A DNA stretch of 64,000 bases from Dehalococcoidia bacterium (GTDB lineage: Bacteria > Chloroflexota > Dehalococcoidia > DSTF01 > JACRBR01). The notes beneath the pieces were generated by a model. It was not told where the DNA came from. It was given only the letters and a program-made list of their open reading frames with translations, and made no database searches. A program made the translations under genes and the position numbers. The stretch spans positions 1 through 64,000 of the forward strand of contig JBGQBE010000002.1 in NCBI GenBank assembly GCA_041494685.1, given 5' to 3'. Of this stretch, positions 10,552 to 21,115 are shown one piece after another. Position 1 is the stretch's first letter. Every line of letters begins with the position of its first letter.

Positions 10552-11481
10552 TCACCCCAGCGTGGGCCGTACAAGGGCGGGGACTATGCGGCGCACCTTC
10601 ACGGGGTGCACCGTCTTACGCGACAGTACGACGTACTCCTCCGCGGCCTCGAAGCCCGCGGCGGCGAGCCGGCGGGCCACGCCCTCCTGGTGCTCCGCGA
10701 CGAGCGAGTACACCGACGAGCGGTTGGCGACCTTCGCCATGCCGGCTTCGATCAGATCATCGACCGCATCGAGGCGGCCGAGCACGTCGAAGCGACCGAT
10801 ATCGCCGTCGCCGGCAACGCGCAGCATGCCAGCGACCTTGCCCTCACACTCGAGCACGTACTGCGACGTGCGCCCCAGCGACTCCTGCGCCGCCGTCCAC
10901 TCGACGAAGGTCATCGCCTCCATGCGCCGCACAGCGGCGGGCACCACGTCGTTGTACAGCTGGAATGCGCCGTACTGGTCCGCCTTCGCGCGGAGCCGCA
11001 GCCCTTCCGGCAACGCGTGCGCCTCGCCGCGATTCACGAAGCGGCGGTACGTCTGCTCCCGCAGGTACGGCGAGAAGCCGCAGCGCGCGGCCGCCCGCTC
11101 GACGGCCGACTGGCGCGGCAGCCGCACGAACACGCGCAGCGCACCCGACTTACCGGCGGCTTCCGTGAGCTGATCGAGCAGGCTCATGAGCACGCCGTCG
11201 TCGTCTGTCGCGTTGATCAGGCAGTCGACCTCCCACGCCAGCTTCGAGCCGCGCTTACGCGCCGAGACCAGGCCGCGCAGCGTCGGGCCTTTGACGCTGA
11301 TCCAGGTGTGCCGGCCGGTGGCGAAGCTGAACCACTGCTCGAACGCCGTCTCCAGCGGATGCGGCGAAGCCTGCGTGCCGATGCGGTCGCGCGTCATCGC
11401 CTCGTTGGCGTAGACACGGCCGTCGTACGAGACCAGGGCCACGAGGTCGGTCGGACGGACGGTACGGGCGGAATGCGTCAT
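10552..11481 (-). CDS. Conserved hypothetical protein, probable tandem GNAT-like fold
   Basis: Coding-like ORF with LRGLVSAR...WEVDCL and two GF-ending modules (CGFSPY, AGFEA). Fold assignment is by eye. Confidence 0.6.
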   Translation of the reverse strand: MTHSARTVRPTDLVALVSYDGRVYANEAMTRDRIGTQASPHPLETAFEQWFSFATGRHTWISVKGPTLRGLVSARKRGSKLAWEVDCLINATDDDGVLMSLLDQLTEAAGKSGALRVFVRLPRQSAVERAAARCGFSPYLREQTYRRFVNRGEAHALPEGLRLRAKADQYGAFQLYNDVVPAAVRRMEAMTFVEWTAAQESLGRTSQYVLECEGKVAGMLRVAGDGDIGRFDVLGRLDAVDDLIEAGMAKVANRSSVYSLVAEHQEGVARRLAAAGFEAAEEYVVLSRKTVHPVKVRRIVPALVRPTLG

Positions 11482-11555
11482 CGGCAGGCGTTCACGCTCC
11501 AGAATCGCTCTTATTGTAGCGCGAACGGGGCGCGGCCGGAGACGCAAGCGCCACG

Positions 11556-12164
11556 CTACTTCGAGGCGGCGCGCTCGGCCCGGTAGGCCGCCGCGAGTTC
11601 GGCGAGCAGCGCGTGGAAGCGGGCGTCGCCCGTCAGCTCCGGGTGGAACGAGGTCGCCAGCAGGCGCCCCTCGCGCGCGGCCACGATCGTGCCATCAGGC
11701 AGCGCGGCCAGGACGGCCACGCCGGGCCCGGCTCGCTCGATGAGGGGGGCGCGGATGAAGATCGCGTGGAACGGCCGTTCGCCCAGCCCCTCGACGAGCA
11801 GGTCCTCCTCGAACGAGTCCACTTGCCGCCCGAAGGCGTTGCGGCGCACGTCGATGTCCATGAGCGCCAGGTTCGGCCGGTCGAGGTCGGTCGCCTGCTT
11901 TGCCAGCACGATAGCGCCGGCGCAGGTGCCCCAGATCGGCAGCCCTTCGGCGCCAAGGCGACGGATCGGCTCGCGCAGCTCGTAGATGTCGAGCAGGCGC
12001 GTGATCGTCGTGCTCTCGCCGCCGGGGATGATCAGCGCGTCGATCTCGGCGAGCTGCGACGGCAGCCGCACCTCGACGGTGGCGACGCCGAGCGAGCGCA
12101 GCACCGCGATGTGCTCCGCGAAGTCGCCCTGCAGGGCGAGCACGCCGACGACGGAACCAGTCAT
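11556..12164 (-). CDS. pdxT: PLP synthase glutaminase subunit
   Basis: GVLALQGDF, IPGGEST, GTCAG, RNAFGRQVDSFE, FHPEL. Confidence 0.96.
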   Translation of the reverse strand: MTGSVVGVLALQGDFAEHIAVLRSLGVATVEVRLPSQLAEIDALIIPGGESTTITRLLDIYELREPIRRLGAEGLPIWGTCAGAIVLAKQATDLDRPNLALMDIDVRRNAFGRQVDSFEEDLLVEGLGERPFHAIFIRAPLIERAGPGVAVLAALPDGTIVAAREGRLLATSFHPELTGDARFHALLAELAAAYRAERAASK

Positions 12165-12213
12165 GCAGTCAGTGTATCGAACGCGCGGCAGAGGCACCGC
12201 CACCGGAGCCTCC

Positions 12214-12248
12214 GCTGTCTGTTGTCTGCTATTTGTTGTCTGTTGTTT
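12214..12248. repeat. Degenerate heptamer tandem repeat
   Basis: GCTGTCT GTTGTCT GCTATTT GTTGTCT GTTGTTT between pdxS and pdxT. Confidence 0.7.
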
Positions 12249-12256
12249 GGGCAGCG

Positions 12257-13177
12257 CTACCAGCCGCGCTTGGACAGGATCTCGTTCTCGGGGATGGCGC
12301 CGATCTCCAGGCCCTTCATCGCGATGCCGGTGCCGCGCGAGACTTCGGCGAGGATCGCGGCGTCGCGGAAGTGGGTCGTCGCCTTGACGATGGCCTTCGC
12401 CATCTTCTCCGGGTTCTCGGACTTGAAGATGCCGGAGCCGACGAAGACGCCCTCGGCGCCGAGCTGCATCATCAGCGCGGCGTCGGCCGGCGTGGCGATG
12501 CCGCCCGCCGCGAAGTTGACGACCGGCAGCCGGCCCAGGTCGTGCACTTCCTTCACCAGGTCGTACGGCGCGCCCAGGTTCTTCGCCTCGGTCGCCAGCT
12601 CGTCCTCCGGCAGGTTCTGGATGCGACGGATGTCGTCCCATAGCGTGCGCATGTGGCGCACGGCCTCGACGACGTTGCCGGTGCCGGCTTCGCCCTTCGT
12701 GCGCATCATCGCCGCGCCCTCGCCGATGCGGCGGAGCGCCTCGCCCAGGTTCCGGCAGCCGCAGACGAACGGCACCTTGAACGGGTGCTTGTTGATGTGG
12801 TGCGCCTCGTCCGCCGGCGTCAGCACCTCGGACTCGTCGATGTAGTCGACGCCGAGCGCCTCCAGCACCTGCGCCTCGACGAAGTGGCCGATGCGGGCCT
12901 TCGCCATCACCGGGATCGTCACCGCGGCGATGATGCCGGTGATCATGTCGGGGTCGGACATGCGGGCCACGCCGCCGTCCTTGCGGATGTCCGACGGCAC
13001 GCGCTCAAGCGCCATGACGGCGCAGGCGCCGGCCTCCTGGGCGATCTTGGCCTGCTCGGGCGTGACGACGTCCATGATGACGCCGCCCTTCAGCATCTGG
13101 GCGAGGCCCTTCTTGACAGCCAGCGTCCCGGTGACGGCGGCGCCGTTCGCAGAGGCGCGATCGTTCGTGGCAACCAT
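12257..13177 (-). CDS. pdxS: PLP synthase lyase subunit
   Basis: [44 protein letters not shown]. Confidence 0.97.
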   Translation of the reverse strand: MVATNDRASANGAAVTGTLAVKKGLAQMLKGGVIMDVVTPEQAKIAQEAGACAVMALERVPSDIRKDGGVARMSDPDMITGIIAAVTIPVMAKARIGHFVEAQVLEALGVDYIDESEVLTPADEAHHINKHPFKVPFVCGCRNLGEALRRIGEGAAMMRTKGEAGTGNVVEAVRHMRTLWDDIRRIQNLPEDELATEAKNLGAPYDLVKEVHDLGRLPVVNFAAGGIATPADAALMMQLGAEGVFVGSGIFKSENPEKMAKAIVKATTHFRDAAILAEVSRGTGIAMKGLEIGAIPENEILSKRGW

Positions 13178-13236
13178 GGCGAGTCCTCCGGTCTTCGGGG
13201 GCGTTGTGGAATCAGTAACAGTGTAGCGAACTGCAC

Positions 13237-14547
13237 TCAGATCCGGCTAACGCGCTTGACGGCGACAGTCTGCGCCTGCCGGTCGAGCGCGGCGGCGGCA
13301 CGGCGCAGCAACGGCAGGCGCGCGAGCGCGTACGCGGCCGGCGCCGCCAGCACGGGCAGGATCGGCAGGTGGTAGCGCGTGTCGCCGAAGAAGATCACCG
13401 ACACCAGCGACCAGACGACGAGCACCGCGAGCGGCAAGGCCGCGGCGGCGGCGCGCCGCACCGCCAGCAGCGCCATGCCGGCGGCGGCGGCAAGCAGCAG
13501 CGCGTAGTAGTAGCCATCGGACACCGCGCCGATGAGCGTGCGCGTGCGAGCGGCCAGATGGCTCGCGCCAGGCGGCTCGTACCACGCGGCGAACGAGCGG
13601 TCGTTGCGGTACGTCTCGAAGATCTTGGCGGGCGCGCGCGATACCGCCTCGAGCGGATGATGCGCTACGTAGCGCAGCGCGGCGTCGCGGGCGCGCGCGT
13701 CGAAGCGCACCTCGCGGCGCGCGCCGGAGAGGCCCGCCGTCTCCCGATCGAATTCGGCGACGGGCGCGGCGCTGACCGTCGCCGCGGCGTCCGGGTTGTT
13801 GCCCATCCAGAGGTTGAGGCCGAGGTTCGTGGAGACGGGCGCGAAGGTGTGCATGCGGACGGCGTTCCGCACCGTCCACGGCGTCAGCACGAGCACGAAC
13901 GCCACGGCGAACGCGCCGGCGGCCCACAGCGTCGCGCGCCGTCGTTCCCGCCCGAGCGCGCCGTACGCCGTCCACGACGCCGCGATCGCAAGCACGAGCA
14001 ACGCCGCCTGCGCCCGCACGAGCGTCGCGGCCGCGAGGAGGACGCCGCCCAGGGCCGCGGCACGCCACGACACCGGTCGCGCTGCCGCGACGAACGCCGC
14101 CAGCAACAGGAACGTGAAGAGCACCTCGCTGAGCAGCAACGACGAGTAGAGCAGGTGGCTCGGCAGCAATGCGATGAGCGCCCCGGCGATCGCGCCCGCG
14201 CCTGCCGAGAGCAGGCGGCGCGCCAGCTCAGCCGCGAGCACCGCCGTCGCGGCGCCCAGCAGCGCCTGTGCCAGCCGCGCTGCCAGGCGCGAGTCGCCGG
14301 TCAGGTGGTAGACGCCGCCCAGGAACGCCGGGTATCCCGGCGGCCAGCGCGAGGTCGCGGATCCGTCGGGCGTCACGTAGCCGTCGCCGTGCGCGATGCC
14401 CTGGCCGAACGCGTCGTACCAGCCGGCGTCGTTCGTCAGCGAGGGGGGCGCATCGAACCGTGCGGCGGCGGCGACGCGCGGCAGGAGCGCGACCAGGAAG
14501 ATCGCGATGAGCACGGCAGCCCAGCGGCGCGCGGCAGCGTCACGCAT
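13237..14547 (-). CDS. GT-C fold membrane glycosyltransferase (ArnT/GT39-like)
   Basis: Multi-TM; D in the first loop (NDAGWY), [36 protein letters not shown]. Start uncertain. Confidence 0.8.
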   Translation of the reverse strand: MRDAAARRWAAVLIAIFLVALLPRVAAAARFDAPPSLTNDAGWYDAFGQGIAHGDGYVTPDGSATSRWPPGYPAFLGGVYHLTGDSRLAARLAQALLGAATAVLAAELARRLLSAGAGAIAGALIALLPSHLLYSSLLLSEVLFTFLLLAAFVAAARPVSWRAAALGGVLLAAATLVRAQAALLVLAIAASWTAYGALGRERRRATLWAAGAFAVAFVLVLTPWTVRNAVRMHTFAPVSTNLGLNLWMGNNPDAAATVSAAPVAEFDRETAGLSGARREVRFDARARDAALRYVAHHPLEAVSRAPAKIFETYRNDRSFAAWYEPPGASHLAARTRTLIGAVSDGYYYALLLAAAAGMALLAVRRAAAAALPLAVLVVWSLVSVIFFGDTRYHLPILPVLAAPAAYALARLPLLRRAAAALDRQAQTVAVKRVSRI

Positions 14548-14661
14548 GGGCGCCATGATCCCCGGACGCGGCGCAAATGGCAACTACGGCGCGGGGCGCG
14601 GACTGCCAGACAACCGCGTACGACGTGCTCGCGCACGTCCCGGGGGTCCGTAGCGGTCGCC

Positions 14662-15540
14662 CTACTGGTAGCTCAGGCCCAGGTTCGGGGACGGCGCGTA
14701 CTCCTCGGCGACGGCCGGCACGGGCTCGCCGGCGAGCAGCGCGCGGATCGCGGGCAGCGCGTCGCGGGCGGCAGCCATGCCGGCATCGAGGCAGTCCACC
14801 ATGTGGAAGGGAGAGTTGCCGTTGATCCGCTTCGTGATCGGCCGCAGGATGACGTGCGCGACGCGGCCCGGCACCACCTCCTGCGCGGCGACGCTGATTG
14901 AGAACGGCACGCCGGCGATCGTGCGATCCAGCGGCAGGCGCGACAACTTCTCCGCCAGCCACGACGCCGGCCCGCGGAGGCTGGACGGCAGCGTGTACGG
15001 GTGCCCCAGTTCGACAGCCACGATGACGTCGGCGCCAAGCTCAGCCGCCGCATCGACCGGCGCGGAGTCCCAGAAGCCGCCATCCAGCAGGTAGCGGCCC
15101 TGGTGCACGACCGGGCGCGCGATCAGCGGGATGGCGATGCTGGCCTCGATCGCGTCGATCATGGGGCCTTCGGTGATCGTGACGGAGCGGCGCGCGCCGA
15201 TGTCGGAGGCGGTGGCGGCGTAGCGCATCGGCAGGTTCTCGATGTGCTGGCCCGCGAGCGCCTCGTAGAAGCGGCGGGCGAGGCGATTGTTGTGGCGGAG
15301 CTTCAACCGGTGGCGGAAGAAGTTGGCGAGGTCGGCGGTTGGGCAGTTGCGGATGCCTTCGTCCAGCTCTTCGCTGCTGCGGCCCACCGCGTAGGCGCCG
15401 CCGTAGAGCGCGCCGATGCTGGTGCCGGCGATGGCGTCAATCTTGATGCCCGCTTCGTCGAGCGCTCTCATCACGCCGACGTGCGCGGCGCCCTTCGTGC
15501 CGCCCGCCCCCAGTGCCAGTCCGAGCTTCAATGTCCTCAT
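14662..15540 (-). CDS. Patatin-like phospholipase
   Basis: LGAGGTKG, GTSIG nucleophile elbow, LDGG. Confidence 0.92.
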   Translation of the reverse strand: MRTLKLGLALGAGGTKGAAHVGVMRALDEAGIKIDAIAGTSIGALYGGAYAVGRSSEELDEGIRNCPTADLANFFRHRLKLRHNNRLARRFYEALAGQHIENLPMRYAATASDIGARRSVTITEGPMIDAIEASIAIPLIARPVVHQGRYLLDGGFWDSAPVDAAAELGADVIVAVELGHPYTLPSSLRGPASWLAEKLSRLPLDRTIAGVPFSISVAAQEVVPGRVAHVILRPITKRINGNSPFHMVDCLDAGMAAARDALPAIRALLAGEPVPAVAEEYAPSPNLGLSYQ

Positions 15541-15707
15541 GTGTACCTGCTCCCGCCGCGGGGTCCGCACCCAGAGTATCGTGCGAGGATTCTCGTCGTT
15601 GCGTCACGACTCGTCAATAACCAATCACAGGGCTGTCAAGGATGGGGATCGCCGCACCCGCGCCTGCCATGCGCCTACACTGTAGCGCGTTCGGTCGTGC
15701 GCATGTG

Positions 15708-16553
15708 TTACGAGGAGGCTGCGGCGCCCTCGACCGCGGCGATGCCGATCATGCCGGGGCCGCCGTGCACGCCGAGCGCGGGGCCGAAGCGGCCCAGCAG
15801 CACCGGCACGCGCGGCAACGCCTCGCGGGCGCGGTCGGCGAGCGCGGCGGCCTCGTCGGGCGTCGTGGTGTACAGCACGGCCACCTCTTCGACGGGCTGG
15901 TGCTTCGTGCAGAGCGAGAAGAGCTCGTCCATCGCCTTCTGGTGCGAACGGACGCGTGTCACGGGGTACGTTTCGCCGTCCTTGATCGTGAGGATCGGCT
16001 TCAGCCGCAGCAGACCGCCCAGGAACGCCTGCGCCCGGCCGATACGGCCGCCGCGCCGCAGGTACTCCAGCGTCTCGAACGCGACGGCGATGCGCAGGCG
16101 CGACGCCACCGACTCCGCCGCCGCGGCGCACTCCGCCCGCGACGCGCCCGCCGCGGCCGCCTTCGCCGCGGCAAGCACGCAGAGCCCCATCCCCATCGAC
16201 ACGGAGGTCGAATCGACGACGGTGATCTTGTCCGGCGCGACCGCGCGGGCGGCGGTGCGCGCCGACTCGACGGTGCCGCTGAACTTGTGCGAGAGGTGGA
16301 TGGACACGACTTCGCCGCGCGACGTGAGATGCCGGTACGCGTGCTCGAACAGCGCGGGCGGCGGCTGCGACGTGGTCGGCAGCACCTTCGCGTGCGAGAG
16401 CCGCGCATAGAATTCGTCGGCGGTCATGTCGATGCCGTCGCGGAACGACTCGTCGCCGAAGGTGACGGTCAGCGGCACGACGGTGATGTTCAGCTCCTCC
16501 GCCATCTGCCGGGGGATGTCCGAGGTGCTGTCGGTGACGATGTAGACGGCCAC
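15708..16553 (-). CDS. DegV family fatty-acid-binding protein (FakB-like)
   Basis: IVTDSTSD, PTTSQP, SHKFSGT, LEYLRRGGRIG, GVHGGPG. Confidence 0.93.
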   Translation of the reverse strand: MAVYIVTDSTSDIPRQMAEELNITVVPLTVTFGDESFRDGIDMTADEFYARLSHAKVLPTTSQPPPALFEHAYRHLTSRGEVVSIHLSHKFSGTVESARTAARAVAPDKITVVDSTSVSMGMGLCVLAAAKAAAAGASRAECAAAAESVASRLRIAVAFETLEYLRRGGRIGRAQAFLGGLLRLKPILTIKDGETYPVTRVRSHQKAMDELFSLCTKHQPVEEVAVLYTTTPDEAAALADRAREALPRVPVLLGRFGPALGVHGGPGMIGIAAVEGAAASS

Positions 16554-16554
16554 G

Positions 16555-18210
16555 TTACTCCACTCCGATCAGGTACGGATAGTGCGGCTGGCCGCCCGCG
16601 GCCACCTCCACGTCGACGCCGAACTCCGCGCGCAGCGCCTCGGCCAGCGCCTCCGCCGACGCCGCGTCCTCGCCCTCGCCGGCGTACAGCGTGACCAGCG
16701 ACGCGTCACCGCCGTCCAGCATCCGCGCGACGCAGGCACGCACCGCGGCGGCGATGCTCGGTTCGGCGACGCAGAGTTCGCCGTCGACCAGGCCGATCGG
16801 CTGGCCCTGCGCGATGGAGAGTCCGCTGATCGTCGTGGCGCGCGCGGCGTGTGTCACCTCGCCGGTGCGGACGGCGACGATCGCCGCACTCATCGCGGCG
16901 ACGTTCTCGTCGACGCCGGCTTCGGAGTTCGCCGCGATGAGCGCGGCGATGCCCTGCGGCACGCTGCGCGATGGCACCACGTGCACGCGCGCGCTCGACG
17001 CCCGCGCGGCCTGTTGCGCCGCGAGGATCACGTTCTTGTTGTCCGGCAACACGATCACGTCGCGCGCCCCGGTGGCGTCGATGGCGGCGAGGATCTCGCC
17101 GGCGCTCGGGTTCATCGTCTGCCCGCCGCGCACGACCGCGGCCGCGCCGATCGAACGCAGCAGCGCCTCCACGCCGTCGCCGGCGCCCACCGCGACGATC
17201 GCCAGGCTGCGGGCGCGCGCGGGCGCCTGATGCTCATGGCGGCGCGCCGCCAGCGCCTGGAACTGCGCCTCCATATCGTCGGCCTTCTCGTGCGAGACTG
17301 CGCCCAGCGTGCGGGCGTAGGCCAGGGCGTCTTCGGGCTCGTGCGTGTGGACGTGCACGCGCACGAGCGCGCCGCCGCCCACTACGAGCACGCTCTCGCC
17401 CATGCTCGCCAGGCGCGCGCGGATGGCGTCCGCGTCCAGCGCCTCGCCCTGGATGACGAACTCGGTGCAGAATCCGGGCGCGTGGCCGTCCTCGTGCGCG
17501 CGCTCCGTCGCGGCGAGCCACGCCGGATCGATCGTGCCGAGATCCTCCGCGGGCAGCGCGATCTCCTCGCCGCGCAGGGCGCGGAGCATCCCTTCGAGCA
17601 GCACGTACAGGCCCTGCGCGCCGGCGTCGACGACGCCGGCCTCCTTGAGCAGCGGCATCTGCTCCGGCGTGCGCGCCACCGCCGCGCGCGCCTCATCGGC
17701 CGCCGCCGCGAGCACCGACTCGACGTCGCTGCCCCGGGTGGCGCGCGCAGCAGCGGCGCTGGCGGCGGTGATGACGGAGAGGATGGTGCCCTCGCGCGGC
17801 TGCGAGACGACGCGATAGGCCGCGTCACGCCCGCGGTCGAGCGCGGCGGCGAACGCGGCGCCGTCGAGCGCGTCGCCGCCGGGGGCGACGAAACCGGCGA
17901 TGATCTGCGAGAGGATGACGCCGGAGTTGCCCTTCGCGCCCATCAGCGCGCCCCGCGCCGCCGCGCGCGCCACGCCTGAAAGCGTGCCGTCCGTCGCGCG
18001 CTCCGCCTCGTCCACGGCCGCGCGCATGGTCAGCGACATGTTGGTGCCGGTATCACCGTCGGGCACGGGGAAGACGTTGATCGCGTTCAGCGCTGCGGCC
18101 TGCCGCCGCAATGCGGCCGCACCGCCGGAGAAGCTGCGCAGGAGTGCCGCCCCGTCGATGCCGCCTGATGCGGAACGCGCGGCGTCAGGTCGCGGGCGGG
18201 GTCGGGGCAT
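16555..18210 (-). CDS. DAK2-domain fatty acid kinase catalytic subunit (FakA-like)
   Basis: NVFPVPDGDTGTNM, GNSGVILSQ, GVVDAG, FCTEF, GGQTMNPS, GGQPHYPY. Confidence 0.93.
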   Translation of the reverse strand: MPRPRPRPDAARSASGGIDGAALLRSFSGGAAALRRQAAALNAINVFPVPDGDTGTNMSLTMRAAVDEAERATDGTLSGVARAAARGALMGAKGNSGVILSQIIAGFVAPGGDALDGAAFAAALDRGRDAAYRVVSQPREGTILSVITAASAAAARATRGSDVESVLAAAADEARAAVARTPEQMPLLKEAGVVDAGAQGLYVLLEGMLRALRGEEIALPAEDLGTIDPAWLAATERAHEDGHAPGFCTEFVIQGEALDADAIRARLASMGESVLVVGGGALVRVHVHTHEPEDALAYARTLGAVSHEKADDMEAQFQALAARRHEHQAPARARSLAIVAVGAGDGVEALLRSIGAAAVVRGGQTMNPSAGEILAAIDATGARDVIVLPDNKNVILAAQQAARASSARVHVVPSRSVPQGIAALIAANSEAGVDENVAAMSAAIVAVRTGEVTHAARATTISGLSIAQGQPIGLVDGELCVAEPSIAAAVRACVARMLDGGDASLVTLYAGEGEDAASAEALAEALRAEFGVDVEVAAGGQPHYPYLIGVE

Positions 18211-18299
18211 GCGGCGGTTTGCCTCAGATTCGAAGCCTGTGCTAAGGTTCCCTGTTTCAAGAGTCTATCACGGGCGCACGCCCCAAGAGGATTTCGACC

Positions 18300-18509
18300 A
18301 TGCCTGCGATTTGCGCAGTTTGCGGCAAGGGCACCACGTTCGGCCGCAACATCCGCCACCGCCACTCAGGACGCTGGGAGCGCGAGGCACACAAGACGAA
18401 CCGCATCTTCCGGCCGAACCTGAAGCGCCAGGTCGTGTACGTGGGCGGCGACGCCATCCGCGTGCGCATCTGCACGCGCTGCCTGCGCAGCCAGACGAAG
18501 GCGCGATAG
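18300..18509 (+). CDS. rpmB: 50S ribosomal protein bL28 (Zn-binding form)
   Basis: CAVCGK..FGRN...TNRIFRPNL...ICTRCL; divergent from the DAK2 gene, a typical neighbourhood. Confidence 0.93.
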   Translation: MPAICAVCGKGTTFGRNIRHRHSGRWEREAHKTNRIFRPNLKRQVVYVGGDAIRVRICTRCLRSQTKAR

Positions 18510-18538
18510 CCGTACCGGCCACGACGGCACGACGATCA

Positions 18539-18562
18539 GGCCCCCGCCCGCGGGGGTCTTCT
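18539..18562 (+). terminator. Probable terminator after rpmB
   Basis: GGCCCCCG-CCCG-CGGGGGTC followed by TTCT. Confidence 0.5.
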
Positions 18563-18603
18563 GGTTGCAGCGCAGTCCGGCAGCACAACACGAGCGAGAG
18601 CGC

Positions 18604-19143
18604 ATGCGCATCGGCGTCATCGGCGACACGCACTACCCCGAAGCGGGCCCGTTGTGGGACGCCGCGTACGACGCACTGCGCGACGTCGACCTGATCCTGC
18701 ACACCGGCGACCTGCACGTGCTCGACGTGCTGGACTGGCTCGAAGAGCGCTGCGGCGTGCCCGTGCTGGCCGTGCGCGGCAACGGCGACGACGGCAGCGG
18801 CGGGCGGCCGGTGTGCCCGGAGGACCCGCGCCTCAAGCCCGTGCAGACGGTGACCGCGGAGGGCGTGCGCATCGGCGTCGTGCACGACGCGACGCTGCCG
18901 GAGTGGCCGCCGCACCGCACGCTGGAGTCGATCATGGACCACCACTTCGGCGGGCGCGTGGACGTGTTCGTGCACGGCGACACGCACGTGCCGGAGGTCG
19001 AACTGATCCGCGGCGTGCTGCTGGTGAACCCGGGCAGCCCGACCTTCCCACGCAACCTCACGCGCCGCCCCGGCACGCTGGCGTATATCGAGATCGCCGG
19101 CGGCGCCCCCCGCGCCTGGATCCACCACCTGCCGGGGGACTGA
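18604..19143 (+). CDS. YfcE-family metallophosphoesterase
   Basis: GDTH, HTGD, VRGN, VHGDTH, NPGSPT. Confidence 0.92.
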   Translation: MRIGVIGDTHYPEAGPLWDAAYDALRDVDLILHTGDLHVLDVLDWLEERCGVPVLAVRGNGDDGSGGRPVCPEDPRLKPVQTVTAEGVRIGVVHDATLPEWPPHRTLESIMDHHFGGRVDVFVHGDTHVPEVELIRGVLLVNPGSPTFPRNLTRRPGTLAYIEIAGGAPRAWIHHLPGD

Positions 19144-19230
19144 ACCGCAGGGGGAATCTGACCGGCGGGGAGGTAGACTGCTCGTAGCGGCGCATGTTGG
19201 GAGCGGCCGTCCGGGCCGATACATCTACCG

Positions 19231-20349
19231 ATGATCGTTGGGACCGTCCGCGAGATCAAGAACGAGGAGTTTCGCGTCGCGCTGATGCCGGAGGGCGTGC
19301 ACGCGCTCGCCGACGCCGGCCACCGCGTGCTCGTCGAGCGCGGCGCCGGCTGCGGCATCCTCTGCGACGACGCCACCTACCGCGCGGCGGGCGCTACCGT
19401 CGTCGAACACGCGAGCGAGGTGTGGGACCAGGCGGACCTCATGGTGAAGGTGAAGGAGCCGCTGTTCCCCGAGTTCCCGCACATCCGCCACGGCCAGACG
19501 CTGTTCACCTACCTCCACCTCGCCGCCGCGCCCGACCTCACGCGCGCACTGCTCGCCGCGAACGTCACGGCGATCGCGTACGAGACGGTGCAGTTGCCGG
19601 ACGGGTCGCTGCCGCTGCTGATCCCGATGAGCCAGGTGGCGGGGCGCATGGCTACCGAGGTGGGCGCGCACTACCTGCGCAAGCCGGGCCCCGGCCGCGG
19701 CAAGCTGATCTCCGGCCTGCCGGGCGCACCGGCCGCGCACGTGGTCGTGCTGGGCGCGGGCATCGTCGGCGAGAACGCGATCGAGACGGCGGTCGCCCTC
19801 GGCGCGCGCGTCACGGTCTTCGACTCGCGGCCCGACAAGCTGCGCCACATCCACGACCGGTTCCCGAACCGTACGACGACGCTGATGTCGAGCCCGCTGG
19901 CGATCACCAAAGCGATGCGCGAGGCCGACATCCTGGTCTGCGCAGTGCTGGTGCCCGGCGCGTCGGCGCCGAAGCTCGTGACGCGCGACATGGTGCGCGG
20001 GATGGGCGCCGGCGCGGTGATCGTCGACGTTTCGATCGACCAGGGCGGCACGTGCGAGACGTCGCGCCCGACGACGCACGACGATCCCGTGTACGTGGAG
20101 GAGGGCGTGGTGCACTACTGCGTCAGCAACATGCCCGGGGCGGTGCCACAGACGTCGACTGCGGCGCTGACCGCCGCGACGCTGCCGTACGTGATCAAGC
20201 TGGCGAACATGGGCACGCGCGCCGCCGTACTGGCCGACCCGTCGCTGGCGAAGGGCGTGCTGGTGAGCAGCGGGCACGTCACCCACCCCGCGCTGGCGCA
20301 GTCGCTCGGGCTGCCGTTCGTGCCGCTGGAGCAAGCGCTGCCGGAGTAG
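19231..20349 (+). CDS. ald: Alanine dehydrogenase
   Basis: EIKNEEFRV, VKVKEP, FTYLHLAA, YETV, VDVSIDQGG, YCVSNMPGAVP. Confidence 0.95.
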   Translation: MIVGTVREIKNEEFRVALMPEGVHALADAGHRVLVERGAGCGILCDDATYRAAGATVVEHASEVWDQADLMVKVKEPLFPEFPHIRHGQTLFTYLHLAAAPDLTRALLAANVTAIAYETVQLPDGSLPLLIPMSQVAGRMATEVGAHYLRKPGPGRGKLISGLPGAPAAHVVVLGAGIVGENAIETAVALGARVTVFDSRPDKLRHIHDRFPNRTTTLMSSPLAITKAMREADILVCAVLVPGASAPKLVTRDMVRGMGAGAVIVDVSIDQGGTCETSRPTTHDDPVYVEEGVVHYCVSNMPGAVPQTSTAALTAATLPYVIKLANMGTRAAVLADPSLAKGVLVSSGHVTHPALAQSLGLPFVPLEQALPE

Positions 20350-20409
20350 CGGGCGCAGTTCCATCGCGCCCGGCGCACCCTCGGTTGTCTGTCGTCTGTT
20401 GTCGTCCGG

Positions 20410-20925
20410 CTACGCGCGCAGCGCGGCGAGGATCTTCTCCGCGTGCTGGACGTGGTCCGCGTCGTGGACGCGCTGGAACGTCGCCCACTCCAGGCAGTTG
20501 AGGTCGCCGAAGAACGGATGCGGCGCGACGACTCCCGTGTCCGGCGCCGCCGGAAGCTTCGCGATCGCGTCGAGCAGCGCCGCGTTCGTCGCGCGGAGCT
20601 GATCCATCAGGGCGCCGTAGGATCCCGCTTCCACCATCGAGCCGATGCCGATGCCCGAGAGATCCGGCCGTACACCGCGCGCCAGGCCGTGCACGAGCTT
20701 CGCCACGCCGGATTCAGCCGAGATCACGTGCCGCACCAGGTCGTGGATCGACCATTCGTCCGGCGCGGGCTGGCGCGCGACGACCGCGTCGTCGAGCGGC
20801 GCGACGATCTCGAGGAACCGCACCTGCGTCGTCGATACGAGATCGATGATCGCCTGCGGCGACTTGGTGGCCTGATGCTTGATGTAGGAGGTTACGCGGT
20901 CGCGAACGTCGTCTGGTATCACCAT
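20410..20925 (-). CDS. DinB/YfiT family protein
   Basis: WSIHDLVRH, HPFFG, HDADHVQH metal-binding His pattern. Confidence 0.85.
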   Translation of the reverse strand: MVIPDDVRDRVTSYIKHQATKSPQAIIDLVSTTQVRFLEIVAPLDDAVVARQPAPDEWSIHDLVRHVISAESGVAKLVHGLARGVRPDLSGIGIGSMVEAGSYGALMDQLRATNAALLDAIAKLPAAPDTGVVAPHPFFGDLNCLEWATFQRVHDADHVQHAEKILAALRA

Positions 20926-20974
20926 GCGGACAGCTTACGCCGCCGCCACCGGCTTGGGTAGATGGGCGGGCGTG

Positions 20975-21115
20975 TTAGCGGGCGCGCCTGGGCCGGATAC
21001 GCTCGATGACGCGCGTGACAGCCTGCGCCCAGGGCTCCCACAGGTGCAGCATGTCGGCCGCGAACACGACCACCACGCCGAGCAGATCGTAGTACAGGAT
21101 GTCAGCCGGCGTCAT
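20975..21115 (-). CDS. Putative 46-aa small membrane protein
   Basis: MTPADILYYDLLGVVVVFAADMLHLWEPWAQAVTRVIERIRPRRAR; GAAAGG upstream; GC3-rich codons. Below the ORF-track size cutoff. Confidence 0.55.
   Translation of the reverse strand: MTPADILYYDLLGVVVVFAADMLHLWEPWAQAVTRVIERIRPRRAR

Noticed and set aside
7180..11586. 1468-aa plus-strand ORF and many other long shadow ORFs (e.g. 26694-29246, 33997-36963, 60063-62165)
   Set aside because: They are antisense or alternate frames of well-supported genes. Stop codons are scarce at high GC, and the translations have no motifs.
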